DNA from: Candidatus Saccharimonadota bacterium
GTDB taxonomy: Bacteria > Pseudomonadota > Gammaproteobacteria > Enterobacterales > Enterobacteriaceae_A
Direction: 5' to 3'
DNA: 32,000 nt
NCBI GenBank assembly: GCA_030849285.1
Contig: CP102982.1
Location: 1-32,000 of the forward strand
Shown piece by piece: positions 9,242 through 20,321 of this stretch (the stretch's first letter is position 1; each line of letters starts with the position of its first letter). The translations under genes were made by a program, and so were the position numbers. Under the pieces are notes generated by a model, which ran no database searches, had not been told where the DNA came from, and was given only the letters and a program-made list of their open reading frames with translations.

Positions 9242-12067
9242 TCATTTTAAAATAATAAATTGTTTTAACAATTTATTTTTATTTTTATTTAAATTTAATA
9301 AAATATTTATTTTTTTAATAATTATTATTTTAGGAGCATTATTTAAAAATTTTTTATTATTTATTTTAAATTTTATTTTTAAAATTTTATAATTTTTTTT
9401 AATAATTTCATTTTTAATATGATTTAATTTAATATTTTTATTAATAAATTTTAATGGAAATAAAATTTCACCATCATCTATTATTTTTATTAAACATATA
9501 GGTTTTTTTTGATTTTTAGATAATATATTTATATTTTTTAAATTTGATATTTTTTTAATAATATTTTTATTTTCATTAATACGACGTATAATAATTTTAT
9601 TAATATTCCAAAATAATATATTTATTTTATCTTTTTTATTAATAAACATTTCTGTTCTTATGTTTCTTATAGATATAATAATATTTTTAATCCATTTTAA
9701 ATCTTCTAAATCCCTTTTATTATAAATATTTTTATTATATTTTGGAAAAGATTCTAACATTATAGTATTATTAATATTATTAATTTTTCTTTGTATTCTT
9801 TTCCAAATATTTTCAGTAATAAATGGTATTATAGGATGTGCAATTTTTAAAATTTTTTCAAAAACATAAAATAAAGTATAATAATTACTAAATTTTTCTA
9901 TAAAATTACCATATTTTAAAATTATTTTAGAAAATTCAATATACCAATTACAAAATTCATTCCAAATAAATTCATATAAAATATTTATTGCAATATCAAA
10001 ACGATAATTATTTAATGAATTACAATAATCTTTAATCATAATATTTAATTTAATTTGAATATAACGATCTATTAATTTAAAATTATTATTATTAATATTA
10101 TTATTAATATTATTATTTTTATTATAATTATTATTATATATTAATATAAATTTATATGCATTTATTAATTTATTATAAAAATTATTACTTTTTTCTAATT
10201 TTTTAAAATTTAAAAGTATACATCTATTAGTATTTAATATATTTGTTAAAAAAAATCTTAAAACATCTGCTCCATATGGTATAATATTATTAGGAAATTG
10301 TTTTTTAGTTAATTTAATAATTTCAAAAATTTTTTCTTTATTATTAATATTTTTAATTTTTTTTTTTAAAAGATTTTTAATAGAAATACCTTCAATAATG
10401 TCTATCGGGTCAATAGTATTACCAATTGATTTTGACATTTTTTTACCATAAATATCACATATTAATCCAGTTATATAAATAAATTTAAATGGAATTTGAG
10501 GTTTTCCTAATTTATCTTTTATAAAAAACATTGTTAACATAATCATTCTTGCTATCCAAAAATAAATAATATCAAAACCACTAAAAATTACATTTGTTGG
10601 GTGAAAATATAAAAAATTTTTATTATTAGGCCAACCTAAAGAAACAAATGTCCATAAACTTGAAGAAAACCATGTGTCTAAAACATCATTATCTTGTTTA
10701 ATAATAATATTTTTTTTTATTTTATTTTTAATACGTATTTCATTTTCATTATTACCAATATAAATTTTACCCTTTTTATCATACCAAGCAGGTATTCGAT
10801 GTCCCCACCATAATTGTCTTGATATACACCAATCTTGAATATTTTTCATCCAACTAAAATACATATTTTCATATTTTTTATGTAAAAAAATAATTTTTTT
10901 TTTTTTAATTACTCTTATTGCATTTTTAGATAAAATATTACTTTTTAAATACCATTGGTTTGTTAACATGGGTTCAATTATAACATTTTGTTTACTATAT
11001 GGTATTTTAATTTTACAAACTTCGATTTTATTTAAAAATCCTAATAATTTTAATATTAAAATTATTAATTTTCTAGCTTTTAAAATATTTAAATTTCTAA
11101 ATTTATTAGGGATAAAATTAAAACAATTTTTTTTAATATTAATTTTTTTTTTAATTTTACCATTTAAATTTAAAATATTTAATATATTTAAATTATGTTT
11201 TTTAGCAATTTCATAATCATTAAAATCATGACCTGGAGTTATTTTAACACAACCAGTACCTTTTTTAATATTAACATATTTATCTGAAATAATAGGAATA
11301 CAACGATTAACTAATGGTACAATAGCTTTTTTACCTATTAAATTTTTATATCTATTATCTAAAGGATTAACTGCTAAAGCGGTATCTCCGAAAATTGTTT
11401 CTGGTCTAGTAGTTGCAACGATTATATATGGATAATTATTAAAAGTTTTAAAGTTATTTTTTAAAGGATATTTAAAATACCATAAATAACCTTTAGATAT
11501 TTTATATTCTACTTCTAAATCAGATATTACTGTATTTAATTTAGTATTCCAATTAACTAACTTTTTACCTCTATAAATTATTTTTTTTTTATATAAATTT
11601 ATAAAAATTTTTTTAACAATATTAGCAAAGGTATTATTCATAGTAAATATTTCATCACCCCAATCAACAGATATACCTAAGCGACGTATTTGATTATTTA
11701 TAATATTAACAATTTTTTTTTTCCATAACCAAGTTTTTTTAATTAAAAATTTTTTTGTTTTTTTTCCTTTAAATTTTTTTAGCATTATAATTTGAGTTGC
11801 TATTCCAGCATGATCTGTACCTACTTTTAATAAAACATTTTTATTATTCATTCTATTATATCTTGCAGTAATATCTATAATTGTTTGTTGTAAAGCATGA
11901 CCTATATGTAAACTACCAGTAATATTTGGAGGCGGAATAATAATACAAAAATTTTTTTTTTTTATATCATTTTTAGATTTAAAATATCCATTTTTTTCCC
12001 AAATTTTATATGTTTTTTTTTCTAAATTTTTAAAATTATTATAAATATTTATTTTATTTATAGACAT
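9242..12067 (-). CDS. valS: Valine--tRNA ligase
   Basis: 941 aa. HIGH motif PPPNITGSLHIGHAL and KMSKS motif GKKMSKSIGN. The editing-domain region is colinear with ValRS. It ends in TGA, the only non-TAA stop I found. Confidence 0.96.
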   Translation of the reverse strand: MSINKINIYNNFKNLEKKTYKIWEKNGYFKSKNDIKKKNFCIIIPPPNITGSLHIGHALQQTIIDITARYNRMNNKNVLLKVGTDHAGIATQIIMLKKFKGKKTKKFLIKKTWLWKKKIVNIINNQIRRLGISVDWGDEIFTMNNTFANIVKKIFINLYKKKIIYRGKKLVNWNTKLNTVISDLEVEYKISKGYLWYFKYPLKNNFKTFNNYPYIIVATTRPETIFGDTALAVNPLDNRYKNLIGKKAIVPLVNRCIPIISDKYVNIKKGTGCVKITPGHDFNDYEIAKKHNLNILNILNLNGKIKKKINIKKNCFNFIPNKFRNLNILKARKLIILILKLLGFLNKIEVCKIKIPYSKQNVIIEPMLTNQWYLKSNILSKNAIRVIKKKKIIFLHKKYENMYFSWMKNIQDWCISRQLWWGHRIPAWYDKKGKIYIGNNENEIRIKNKIKKNIIIKQDNDVLDTWFSSSLWTFVSLGWPNNKNFLYFHPTNVIFSGFDIIYFWIARMIMLTMFFIKDKLGKPQIPFKFIYITGLICDIYGKKMSKSIGNTIDPIDIIEGISIKNLLKKKIKNINNKEKIFEIIKLTKKQFPNNIIPYGADVLRFFLTNILNTNRCILLNFKKLEKSNNFYNKLINAYKFILIYNNNYNKNNNINNNINNNNFKLIDRYIQIKLNIMIKDYCNSLNNYRFDIAINILYEFIWNEFCNWYIEFSKIILKYGNFIEKFSNYYTLFYVFEKILKIAHPIIPFITENIWKRIQRKINNINNTIMLESFPKYNKNIYNKRDLEDLKWIKNIIISIRNIRTEMFINKKDKINILFWNINKIIIRRINENKNIIKKISNLKNINILSKNQKKPICLIKIIDDGEILFPLKFINKNIKLNHIKNEIIKKNYKILKIKFKINNKKFLNNAPKIIIIKKINILLNLNKNKNKLLKQFIILK

Positions 12068-12132
12068 ATTTATTTTAAAAAAATTAAAATTATTAATTAT
12101 TATATTTTATTATTTTTAAAAATTTATATTTA

Positions 12133-12687
12133 TTAAATAGAAACTATAACTAAAGCAGGTCTTAATAAACGATTGTGTAAAATATAACCATTTTGAACAA
12201 CATTAATAATAAAATTAGATTTAAATTTATCTGATTTAACTGAACATATTGCTTGATGTTTAATAGGATCAAATTGAATATTAGTATTATTAATAATTTT
12301 AATACCATATTTATTAATTAAATTAATTATAGATTTTAATGTTAATTCAATTCCTTCAAAAATTGAAATTAATTTATTATTAAATTTATTTAATGATTTT
12401 ATAGATCTTTCTAAATTATCAATAATTAGTAATAAATCTTTAGAAAAATTTTCTAAAGCAAATTTGTAAGTTTTTTCAATATCAATAGAAGATCTCTTTT
12501 TAATATTTTCTATTTCTGCTTTATAACGTAAAAAATTATCATACTCTTTTTTTTTAAAATTTTTAATATATAATTCTAATTCATTAATACGTTTAATATT
12601 AATTTTATTATTTTCATCAATAATATATTTTTCAGATTTTTCTTTTATATTTTTAATTTCCTCATTTTTTTCTTTTTTATTATCCAT
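12133..12687 (-). CDS. grpE: Nucleotide exchange factor GrpE
   Basis: 184 aa. RYKAEIENIKKR corresponds to the GrpE RxxAExENxRRR motif. C-terminal beta domain HQAI..GYILHNRLLRPALV. Confidence 0.9.
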   Translation of the reverse strand: MDNKKEKNEEIKNIKEKSEKYIIDENNKINIKRINELELYIKNFKKKEYDNFLRYKAEIENIKKRSSIDIEKTYKFALENFSKDLLLIIDNLERSIKSLNKFNNKLISIFEGIELTLKSIINLINKYGIKIINNTNIQFDPIKHQAICSVKSDKFKSNFIINVVQNGYILHNRLLRPALVIVSI

Positions 12688-12798
12688 AATATTTCCATTA
12701 AAATAATTATTTTATTTATTATTTGTTTTTATAAAATATTTAATAAATTTTTAATTTATATATATATAAAAAATAAAATTATATTTAATTTTTAAAAT

Positions 12799-13764
12799 AT
12801 GTTTAAAAAAAACTTATATCCATGGCTTAATTCAATTTATAAAAAAATAATTACATATTATAAAAATAAAAAAATAAATAAATCACTTTTTATATATAGT
12901 TTAAAAGGAAATGGTACTAATTTTTTATTAAAAAATATAATTGCTTGGTTAATTTGTAAAAAAAAAACTACTACTAACTGCGGTATATGTAATAATTGTA
13001 ATTTAATAAAATTTGGAAATCACCCCGATTATTATATTATTAAAAATAAAACAAATATTAATATTAATTATATTAATAAATTAATTGACTATATTTATAT
13101 AAAATCACAAGAAAACAATATAAAAATTATATATTTACCTAAAATTGAATTATTTAATAAATTTGAAATTTATAAATTATTGAAATTATTAAAAATTAAA
13201 AAAAAAAATTTATTTTTTATTTTAAGATGCAGTGAATTTACAAATTTATTTATAAATTTAAAAAAAAATTGTTTTTATTTAAATTTAAATACACCTAAAG
13301 AAGTTATAAGTTTAAATTGGTTAAAAAAAAATAATAAAAATAATATTAATGAATTAAAAACTGCTTTATATTTAAATAATTATGCTCCATTATCAGCAAA
13401 TAAAATGTTATCTTCAAATATATGGAAATTAAGAAAAAAATTATTTAATTTAATATCTATTGAAATAATTAATAAAAATATATTATTTTTATTTGAAATA
13501 TTAGAATTTAAAAATTTAGAATTATATATATATTGGATATATACATTAATAATTGATATAATAAAAATAAAACATAAATGTAAATATTATATTATAAATA
13601 AAGATCAAGAAAAATTAATAATTAAATTATCTAACTTTATTAGTTTAAAAAATTTATATTATTTTATTAATAAATTGATTCAAATACAATATAAAATAAA
13701 AAATATTAAAAATATTAATATTAAAATTTTATTAATAAAACAATTAATACATTTTAAAAAATAA
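12799..13764 (+). CDS. holB: DNA polymerase III subunit delta-prime
   Basis: 321 aa. N-terminal LYPWL present, degenerate P-loop region, and zinc module CGICNNCNLIKFGNHPDYY as in HolB. Confidence 0.85.
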   Translation: MFKKNLYPWLNSIYKKIITYYKNKKINKSLFIYSLKGNGTNFLLKNIIAWLICKKKTTTNCGICNNCNLIKFGNHPDYYIIKNKTNININYINKLIDYIYIKSQENNIKIIYLPKIELFNKFEIYKLLKLLKIKKKNLFFILRCSEFTNLFINLKKNCFYLNLNTPKEVISLNWLKKNNKNNINELKTALYLNNYAPLSANKMLSSNIWKLRKKLFNLISIEIINKNILFLFEILEFKNLELYIYWIYTLIIDIIKIKHKCKYYIINKDQEKLIIKLSNFISLKNLYYFINKLIQIQYKIKNIKNINIKILLIKQLIHFKK

Positions 13765-14140
13765 TAAATTAAATATTTAATAAATAATAATTATTTTATA
13801 ATAATATATTAAAATATTTTTATTAAATATAAAAATTAAAATAAATATATATTAAAAATTATTTTAAAATAATTTAAATATATAATATAAATAAAAATTT
13901 TAACATTTACAAATTTTACATTATGTAAATAAAAATATTTTAATTTTATAAATATATTTAATAAAATTTATTTATACAATATTAAAATATAATAATTATA
14001 TTTATAATAAAATAATAAAATAATAAATTTTAAAATATTAAATATATTGATTATTTTATTTATAAAACTTATTAATTTTATAATTTTATTTATTAAACAT
14101 TTAATTAATTAAAATTAAATTATTTATTATAATAAATTTT

Positions 14141-15784
<1,644 letters not shown>

Positions 15785-15810
15785 TTACTCCTTATATTTT
15801 TAAATTAAAA

Positions 15811-16110
15811 TTATTTTTTATCTTCAATAATTGCTAAAACATCACTTTCAGACATAATTAATATTTCTTCATTATTTATTTTTTCAGATTTTATATTATA
15901 TCCATCATTAAATATAATAATATCTCCTACTTTAATCTCTAATGGTCTAATTACACCATTATCTAAAATTTTACCTTTACCTATAGCTAAAACTTCACCC
16001 CTTGTTGATTTACCTATAGTTGCTCCAGTTAAAACAATACCACCAGATGATTTCATTTCTAATTCTTTACGTTTAACTATAATACGATCATATAATGGTT
16101 TAATATTCAT
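15811..16110 (-). CDS. groES: Co-chaperonin GroES (10 kDa)
   Basis: The track ORF runs to 16152. [14 protein letters not shown] matches the GroES N-terminus, and a GGGAG Shine-Dalgarno sequence lies 8 nt upstream of the ATG at 16110, giving 99 aa. Confidence 0.95.
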   Translation of the reverse strand: MNIKPLYDRIIVKRKELEMKSSGGIVLTGATIGKSTRGEVLAIGKGKILDNGVIRPLEIKVGDIIIFNDGYNIKSEKINNEEILIMSESDVLAIIEDKK

Positions 16111-16304
16111 TAATATACTCCCATAATTAAATTTTAAAAAAAATATTATCAAATTAATATATAAAATAATAAGTTGTTGTTAATTAAAATATATTTAAAT
16201 AATTGTAATTTAAAATTTTTTAATAATAAATGTAACTTTATTTATCAAATAAATATATTATACAATATTATTTGTATTTTTGAAATAAATTTATATTAAT
16301 TTAA

Positions 16305-18158
16305 TTATTTTTTTAAATTTTTTTTAAACCAAATTAATAAAATAGAAATCGCAACAGGTGTTATACCAGAAATATTAATAGCTTCATATATTGATTTAGG
16401 TTGATATTTGTTTAATTTTAAAATTACTTCATTTGATAAATTTTTAATTTTTTTATAATTAAATTTTAAAGGTAAAAACATTTTTTTTTTTTTTTTTTGA
16501 TTTTTAATCTCTTTTTTTTGATGAATAATATACCCTTCATATTTTATTTGAATTTCAATTTGTTTATAAATTTGTTTATATAAAAAAGAAGGAGAAAATA
16601 TTTTAATTGAAGTTAATTTATTATATGTTATTTTAGGTATTCGTAATAAATTAAAACCATTTTTTTTTATATATTTAAATTTATTATTTGATTTATTAAT
16701 ATTAATATATATATATTGTAATCTCTTTTTTTCTTTTTCTATAATATTTCTCTTTTTACAAAAAATTTTCCATCTAAAATCATTTATTAAACCTATTTCT
16801 CTTCCTTTAGGTGTTAAACGCAAATCTGCATTATCTTCTTGTAATTGTAAACGATGTTCAGATCTTGAAGTAAAAATTCTATATGGTTCTTTTGTTCCTA
16901 AAGTAATTAAATCATCTATTAATACACCAATATATGCTTGATTTCTTTTTATAATAAATTCTTTTTTACCAAGAATATATAAACTAGAATTTATACCTGC
17001 TAATAAACCTTGTGCTGCTGCTTCTTCATAACCAGTTGTACCATTAATTTGACCAGCAAAAAATAAACCATTAATATATTTACTTTCTAATGTTTTTTTT
17101 AAATCTTTTGGATTTAAAAAATCATATTCTACAGCATATCCGGGTTTTATAATTTTTGATTTTTCTAATCCTTTTATTGTATGTATAATTTTTAATTGAA
17201 TATTAAATGGTAAATTTGTTGAAATACCATTAGGATAAAATTCTTTACTTAAAATTCCTTCAGGTTCTAAAAAAATTTGATGTGATATTTTTTTTTTAAA
17301 TTTCATTACTTTATCTTCTATTGAAGGACAATAACGAGGACCAGTTACATTTATAATACCATTATAAGATGGACTATATTTAATATATTTTTTAATTATA
17401 TTATGTGTTTTTTCATTAGTATTAGTAATATAACAATTAATTTGTTTAGGTAAATACTTAATATTATTTAAAAAAGAAAAATTGGGAATAGGAATATCAC
17501 CATATTGTTTTTTTAAAATTTTAAAATTAATACTATTATAATCAATACGAGGGGGAGTACCAGTTTTTAAACGTTGTATTTTAAATGGTAATTCATTTAA
17601 AAATAAAGATAATGAATTTGATGAAAAATTTCCAATTCTACCCCCTTTATAGTTATTTGAACCTATATATATTTTACCGTTTAAAAAAGTTCCAGTACAT
17701 ACAATAACTGATTTAGAATAAAATCTAAAATTCATTTTTGTAATAACTCCAATTACGCATTTATCTTTAATGATTATCTTTTTAACTGAACTTTGGAAAA
17801 TTTTAATATTATTTTCATTATTTAATGCATTTAAAATTGCTTTTTTGTATAAAATTCTATCTATTTGAGCACGAGTAGAACGAACAGCATATCCCTTACT
17901 TGAATTTAATATTTTAAATTGAATTCCTGAAATATCTGATACTTTTGCCATTAAACCCCCAAGAGCATCAATTTCTTTAACTAAATGACTTTTACCAATA
18001 CCTCCAATTGATGGATTACATGATAATTCTCCTAAAGTATTAATATTATGTGTTAATAATAAAGTTTTACATCCCATCCGTGCAGATGCCATTGCTGCTT
18101 CAACTCCAGAATGTCCACCACCAACAATTATAATATCAAAATATTTAGAATAAATCAT
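16305..18158 (-). CDS. mnmG: tRNA uridine 5-carboxymethylaminomethyl modification enzyme MnmG (GidA)
   Basis: 617 aa. FAD-binding [28 protein letters not shown] and [10 protein letters not shown] motifs present. Confidence 0.97.
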   Translation of the reverse strand: MIYSKYFDIIIVGGGHSGVEAAMASARMGCKTLLLTHNINTLGELSCNPSIGGIGKSHLVKEIDALGGLMAKVSDISGIQFKILNSSKGYAVRSTRAQIDRILYKKAILNALNNENNIKIFQSSVKKIIIKDKCVIGVITKMNFRFYSKSVIVCTGTFLNGKIYIGSNNYKGGRIGNFSSNSLSLFLNELPFKIQRLKTGTPPRIDYNSINFKILKKQYGDIPIPNFSFLNNIKYLPKQINCYITNTNEKTHNIIKKYIKYSPSYNGIINVTGPRYCPSIEDKVMKFKKKISHQIFLEPEGILSKEFYPNGISTNLPFNIQLKIIHTIKGLEKSKIIKPGYAVEYDFLNPKDLKKTLESKYINGLFFAGQINGTTGYEEAAAQGLLAGINSSLYILGKKEFIIKRNQAYIGVLIDDLITLGTKEPYRIFTSRSEHRLQLQEDNADLRLTPKGREIGLINDFRWKIFCKKRNIIEKEKKRLQYIYININKSNNKFKYIKKNGFNLLRIPKITYNKLTSIKIFSPSFLYKQIYKQIEIQIKYEGYIIHQKKEIKNQKKKKKMFLPLKFNYKKIKNLSNEVILKLNKYQPKSIYEAINISGITPVAISILLIWFKKNLKK

Positions 18159-18300
18159 TTTAACCTTAATTATTTAAATTTTTTAAATAAATTAATTTTA
18201 ATTTTTTTATTTAAAATTTAAAAATTTTAATAGATTAACAATATTAAATAATATATATATTGATTTTTATACTTTTAAATATAAAATTTCAAAAAAAATT

Positions 18301-18374
18301 GGAACGGTAGTTCAGTTGGTTAGAATACTTGCCTGTCACGCAAGGGGTCGCGGGTTCAAGTCCCGTCCGTTCCG
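18301..18374 (+). tRNA. tRNA-Asp (anticodon GTC), no encoded CCA
   Basis: GGAACGGTAGTTCAGTTGGTTAGAATACTTGCCTGTCACGCAAGGGGTCGCGGGTTCAAGTCCCGTCCGTTCCG folds as a cloverleaf. It is near-identical to E. coli tRNA-Asp as recalled. Followed by TTT. Confidence 0.97.
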
Positions 18375-18533
18375 TTTAAATTTAATTATCTTTAAATTAT
18401 ATATTACATATTATAAATTTAATAAATTTTAAAATATGGATAAAATATTATATTAAATAAAATTCAACTTAAAATTGATAAATTATATATTAATCGCGCA
18501 TTTCAAATATCATATTTAGGAAATTTTACTACT

Positions 18534-19574
18534 ATGCCAAACCCTAGTGTTGGGTGTATAATTGTTAAAAATAATAAAATAATTGGTGAAGGTGTTCATA
18601 TTATTTTAGGTGGCCCTCACGCTGAAATTAATGCAATAAGAGATTCAGTAAATAATATTAAAAATTCAACAATGTATATAACTCTTGAACCTTGTATTTA
18701 TTATAATAATACACCTCCATGTGTTAAAACAATAATTTATTCAGGTATAAAACGTGTAGTTATTGCAACTAAGGATCCCAATCCAAAAATTTTAGGTAAT
18801 AGTTTTAAAATTTTAATAAATGCTGGTTTACAAGTTTCTTATATATCAATAAATATTAAAAATAAAAATAATGTTGGTTTTTTTAAACGAATGATAACTG
18901 GATTACCTTATATAAAATTAAAATGCGGTATTTCATTAGACGGAAGAACTGCATTATTATCTGGTTTAAGTAAATGGATAACTTCTATTAATTCAAGAAT
19001 TGATGTTCAAAAATTAAGAATTAAATGTTCAGCTATAATTAGTACTAGTAATACAATATTATTTGATAATCCATCATTTAATATACATTTAAAATATATA
19101 AATAAATTATTTAATAATTTATATCCATTTAAAAATTTAAAACAACCCTTAATAATTTTAATAGATAGTAAAAATAGAATAAAACCTAAACATAAAATAA
19201 TACAAAAAAAAAGAGAAATTTTTTTAATAAGATTAAAAAGGGATAATAAAATTTGGCCAAATAATATACATCAAATAATTTTTAAAAAAAAAATAAATTT
19301 AAAATCTTTATTTTTATATTTAGGTAAAATTAAAATAAATAATATTTTAATTGAATCAGGTTCTAAATTATCTGGATCATTATTAAAATTAAAATTAATT
19401 GATGAATTAATTTTATACATTTCACCTAAAATCTTAGGTAATAAAAGTTTAGGTTTATTCAATTTACCTAATTTTAAAAAAATATCAAATAAAAATAATT
19501 TTATTTTTAAAAATATTAGAAAAAAAGGTGATGATTTAAAAATAATATTAAAAAAAAAAAATATATTTTATTAA
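18534..19574 (+). CDS. ribD: Bifunctional riboflavin biosynthesis protein RibD (deaminase/reductase); the true start is probably upstream at a non-canonical codon
   Basis: 346 aa from the first ATG. Deaminase zinc motifs GGPHAE and EPC..TPPC; the reductase domain is colinear with E. coli RibD. In-frame upstream sequence (18474-18533) encodes IDKLYINRAFQISYLGNFTT, homologous to the E. coli RibD N-terminus QDEYYMARALKLAQRGRFTT. Confidence 0.93.
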   Translation: MPNPSVGCIIVKNNKIIGEGVHIILGGPHAEINAIRDSVNNIKNSTMYITLEPCIYYNNTPPCVKTIIYSGIKRVVIATKDPNPKILGNSFKILINAGLQVSYISINIKNKNNVGFFKRMITGLPYIKLKCGISLDGRTALLSGLSKWITSINSRIDVQKLRIKCSAIISTSNTILFDNPSFNIHLKYINKLFNNLYPFKNLKQPLIILIDSKNRIKPKHKIIQKKREIFLIRLKRDNKIWPNNIHQIIFKKKINLKSLFLYLGKIKINNILIESGSKLSGSLLKLKLIDELILYISPKILGNKSLGLFNLPNFKKISNKNNFIFKNIRKKGDDLKIILKKKNIFY

Positions 19575-19602
19575 TTAAAATAATAAATAGGAAATAAAAT
19601 AT

Positions 19603-20082
19603 ATGAAGATTATTAATGGTTCATTTTCTTCTATTAATATTAATATTGCAATTATAGTATCACGTTTTAATGAATTTATAAATAAATCATTATTAAATGG
19701 ATCTATTGAAATTTTAAAAAGAATTGGGAAAATTTCAGATAATAATATTACTATTGTTTGGGTTCCTGGAGTTTATGAAATACCATTAATTGTTCAATTA
19801 CTAGCAAATTCCAAAAAATATAATGCAATTATTACTTTAGGAACTATTATTAAAGGTGATACTAAACATTTTAATTATATTTCAAATGCAATAATTTCAA
19901 GTATTAGTAATGTTATGTTAAAAACTGAAATTCCAGTTATTTTAGGTATATTAACAACTGACAATATTGAACAAGCTATAAATAGATCTGGATGTAAATC
20001 TGGTAATAAGGGTATAGAAGCAGCATTTAATGCGTTAGAAATGATTAGTATTATAAATATTATAAATAAAAAAAATAAATAA
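19603..20082 (+). CDS. ribH: 6,7-dimethyl-8-ribityllumazine synthase
   Basis: 159 aa. IAIIVSRFNEFI, VWVPGVYEIP and NKGIEAA are typical lumazine synthase motifs. It follows ribD, as in the E. coli operon. Confidence 0.94.
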   Translation: MKIINGSFSSININIAIIVSRFNEFINKSLLNGSIEILKRIGKISDNNITIVWVPGVYEIPLIVQLLANSKKYNAIITLGTIIKGDTKHFNYISNAIISSISNVMLKTEIPVILGILTTDNIEQAINRSGCKSGNKGIEAAFNALEMISIINIINKKNK

Positions 20083-20098
20083 TTTATAAATTTAAATC

Positions 20099-20117
20099 AA
20101 AAAAAAAAATTTTTTTT
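20099..20117. repeat. A11-T8 homopolymer palindrome between the convergent ribH and tRNA-Gly
   Basis: Read directly: C AAAAAAAAAAA TTTTTTTT AAA. It is self-complementary and lies 17 nt after the ribH stop. Confidence 0.9.
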
Positions 20118-20138
20118 AAAATATAATAAAAATAATAA

Positions 20139-20210
20139 AGCGAGAGACGGGATTTGAACCCGTGACCTCAACCTTGGCAAGGTTATATTCTACCACTAAA
20201 CTACTCCCGC
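20139..20210 (-). tRNA. tRNA-Gly (anticodon GCC), no encoded CCA
   Basis: The reverse complement is GCGGGAGTAGTTTAGTGGTAGAATATAACCTTGCCAAGGTTGAGGTCACGGGTTCAAATCCCGTCTCTCGC plus discriminator T. Cloverleaf with anticodon loop TTGCCAA. Confidence 0.95.
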
Positions 20211-20295
20211 ATATATTTAAAATATAATTTAATATAACACAAATTTCTATTTTTAGTTTTTTTAATTTAATTGAAATGTTATTTAATAATATATA

Positions 20296-20314
20296 TAGGA
20301 CTATTAAAGTCCTA
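20296..20314 (-). terminator. Putative rho-independent terminator hairpin after the peroxiredoxin gene
   Basis: TAGGACT-ATTAA-AGTCCTA: a 7-bp stem with 3 G:C pairs, starting 7 nt past the stop codon, followed on the minus strand by a T-rich run TATATATTATT. G/C is rare in the surrounding spacer. Confidence 0.45.
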
Positions 20315-20321
20315 CATTTTA

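Noticed and set aside
10081-10140. ATT/AAT-rich repetitive stretch in valS encoding NNNYNKNNNINNNINNNN
   Set aside because: This is an in-frame low-complexity insertion in a variable region of ValRS, typical of A+T-driven Asn/Lys/Ile expansion. The same applies to the infB N-terminus and the dnaX tail. It is not an independent element.
10968-11216. 82-aa ORF antisense to valS
   Set aside because: A shadow ORF inside a conserved aminoacyl-tRNA synthetase gene, with a low-complexity product.
16111-16152. 14-codon N-terminal extension of the groES ORF on the track ([14 protein letters not shown])
   Set aside because: GroES homology begins at [15 protein letters not shown] Shine-Dalgarno sequence sits inside the supposed extension, 8 nt before the ATG at 16110.
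18159-18300. Possible oriC in the spacer upstream of mnmG (gidA)
   Set aside because: There is no DnaA-box-like 9-mer, no GATC cluster and no distinct repeated 13-mer. The spacer is only 142 nt of generic A/T before tRNA-Asp, and the window offers nothing to separate it from other spacers. It needs whole-genome skew analysis.
19271-19462. 63-aa ORF antisense to ribD
   Set aside because: A shadow ORF inside the ribD reductase domain, with no independent signal.
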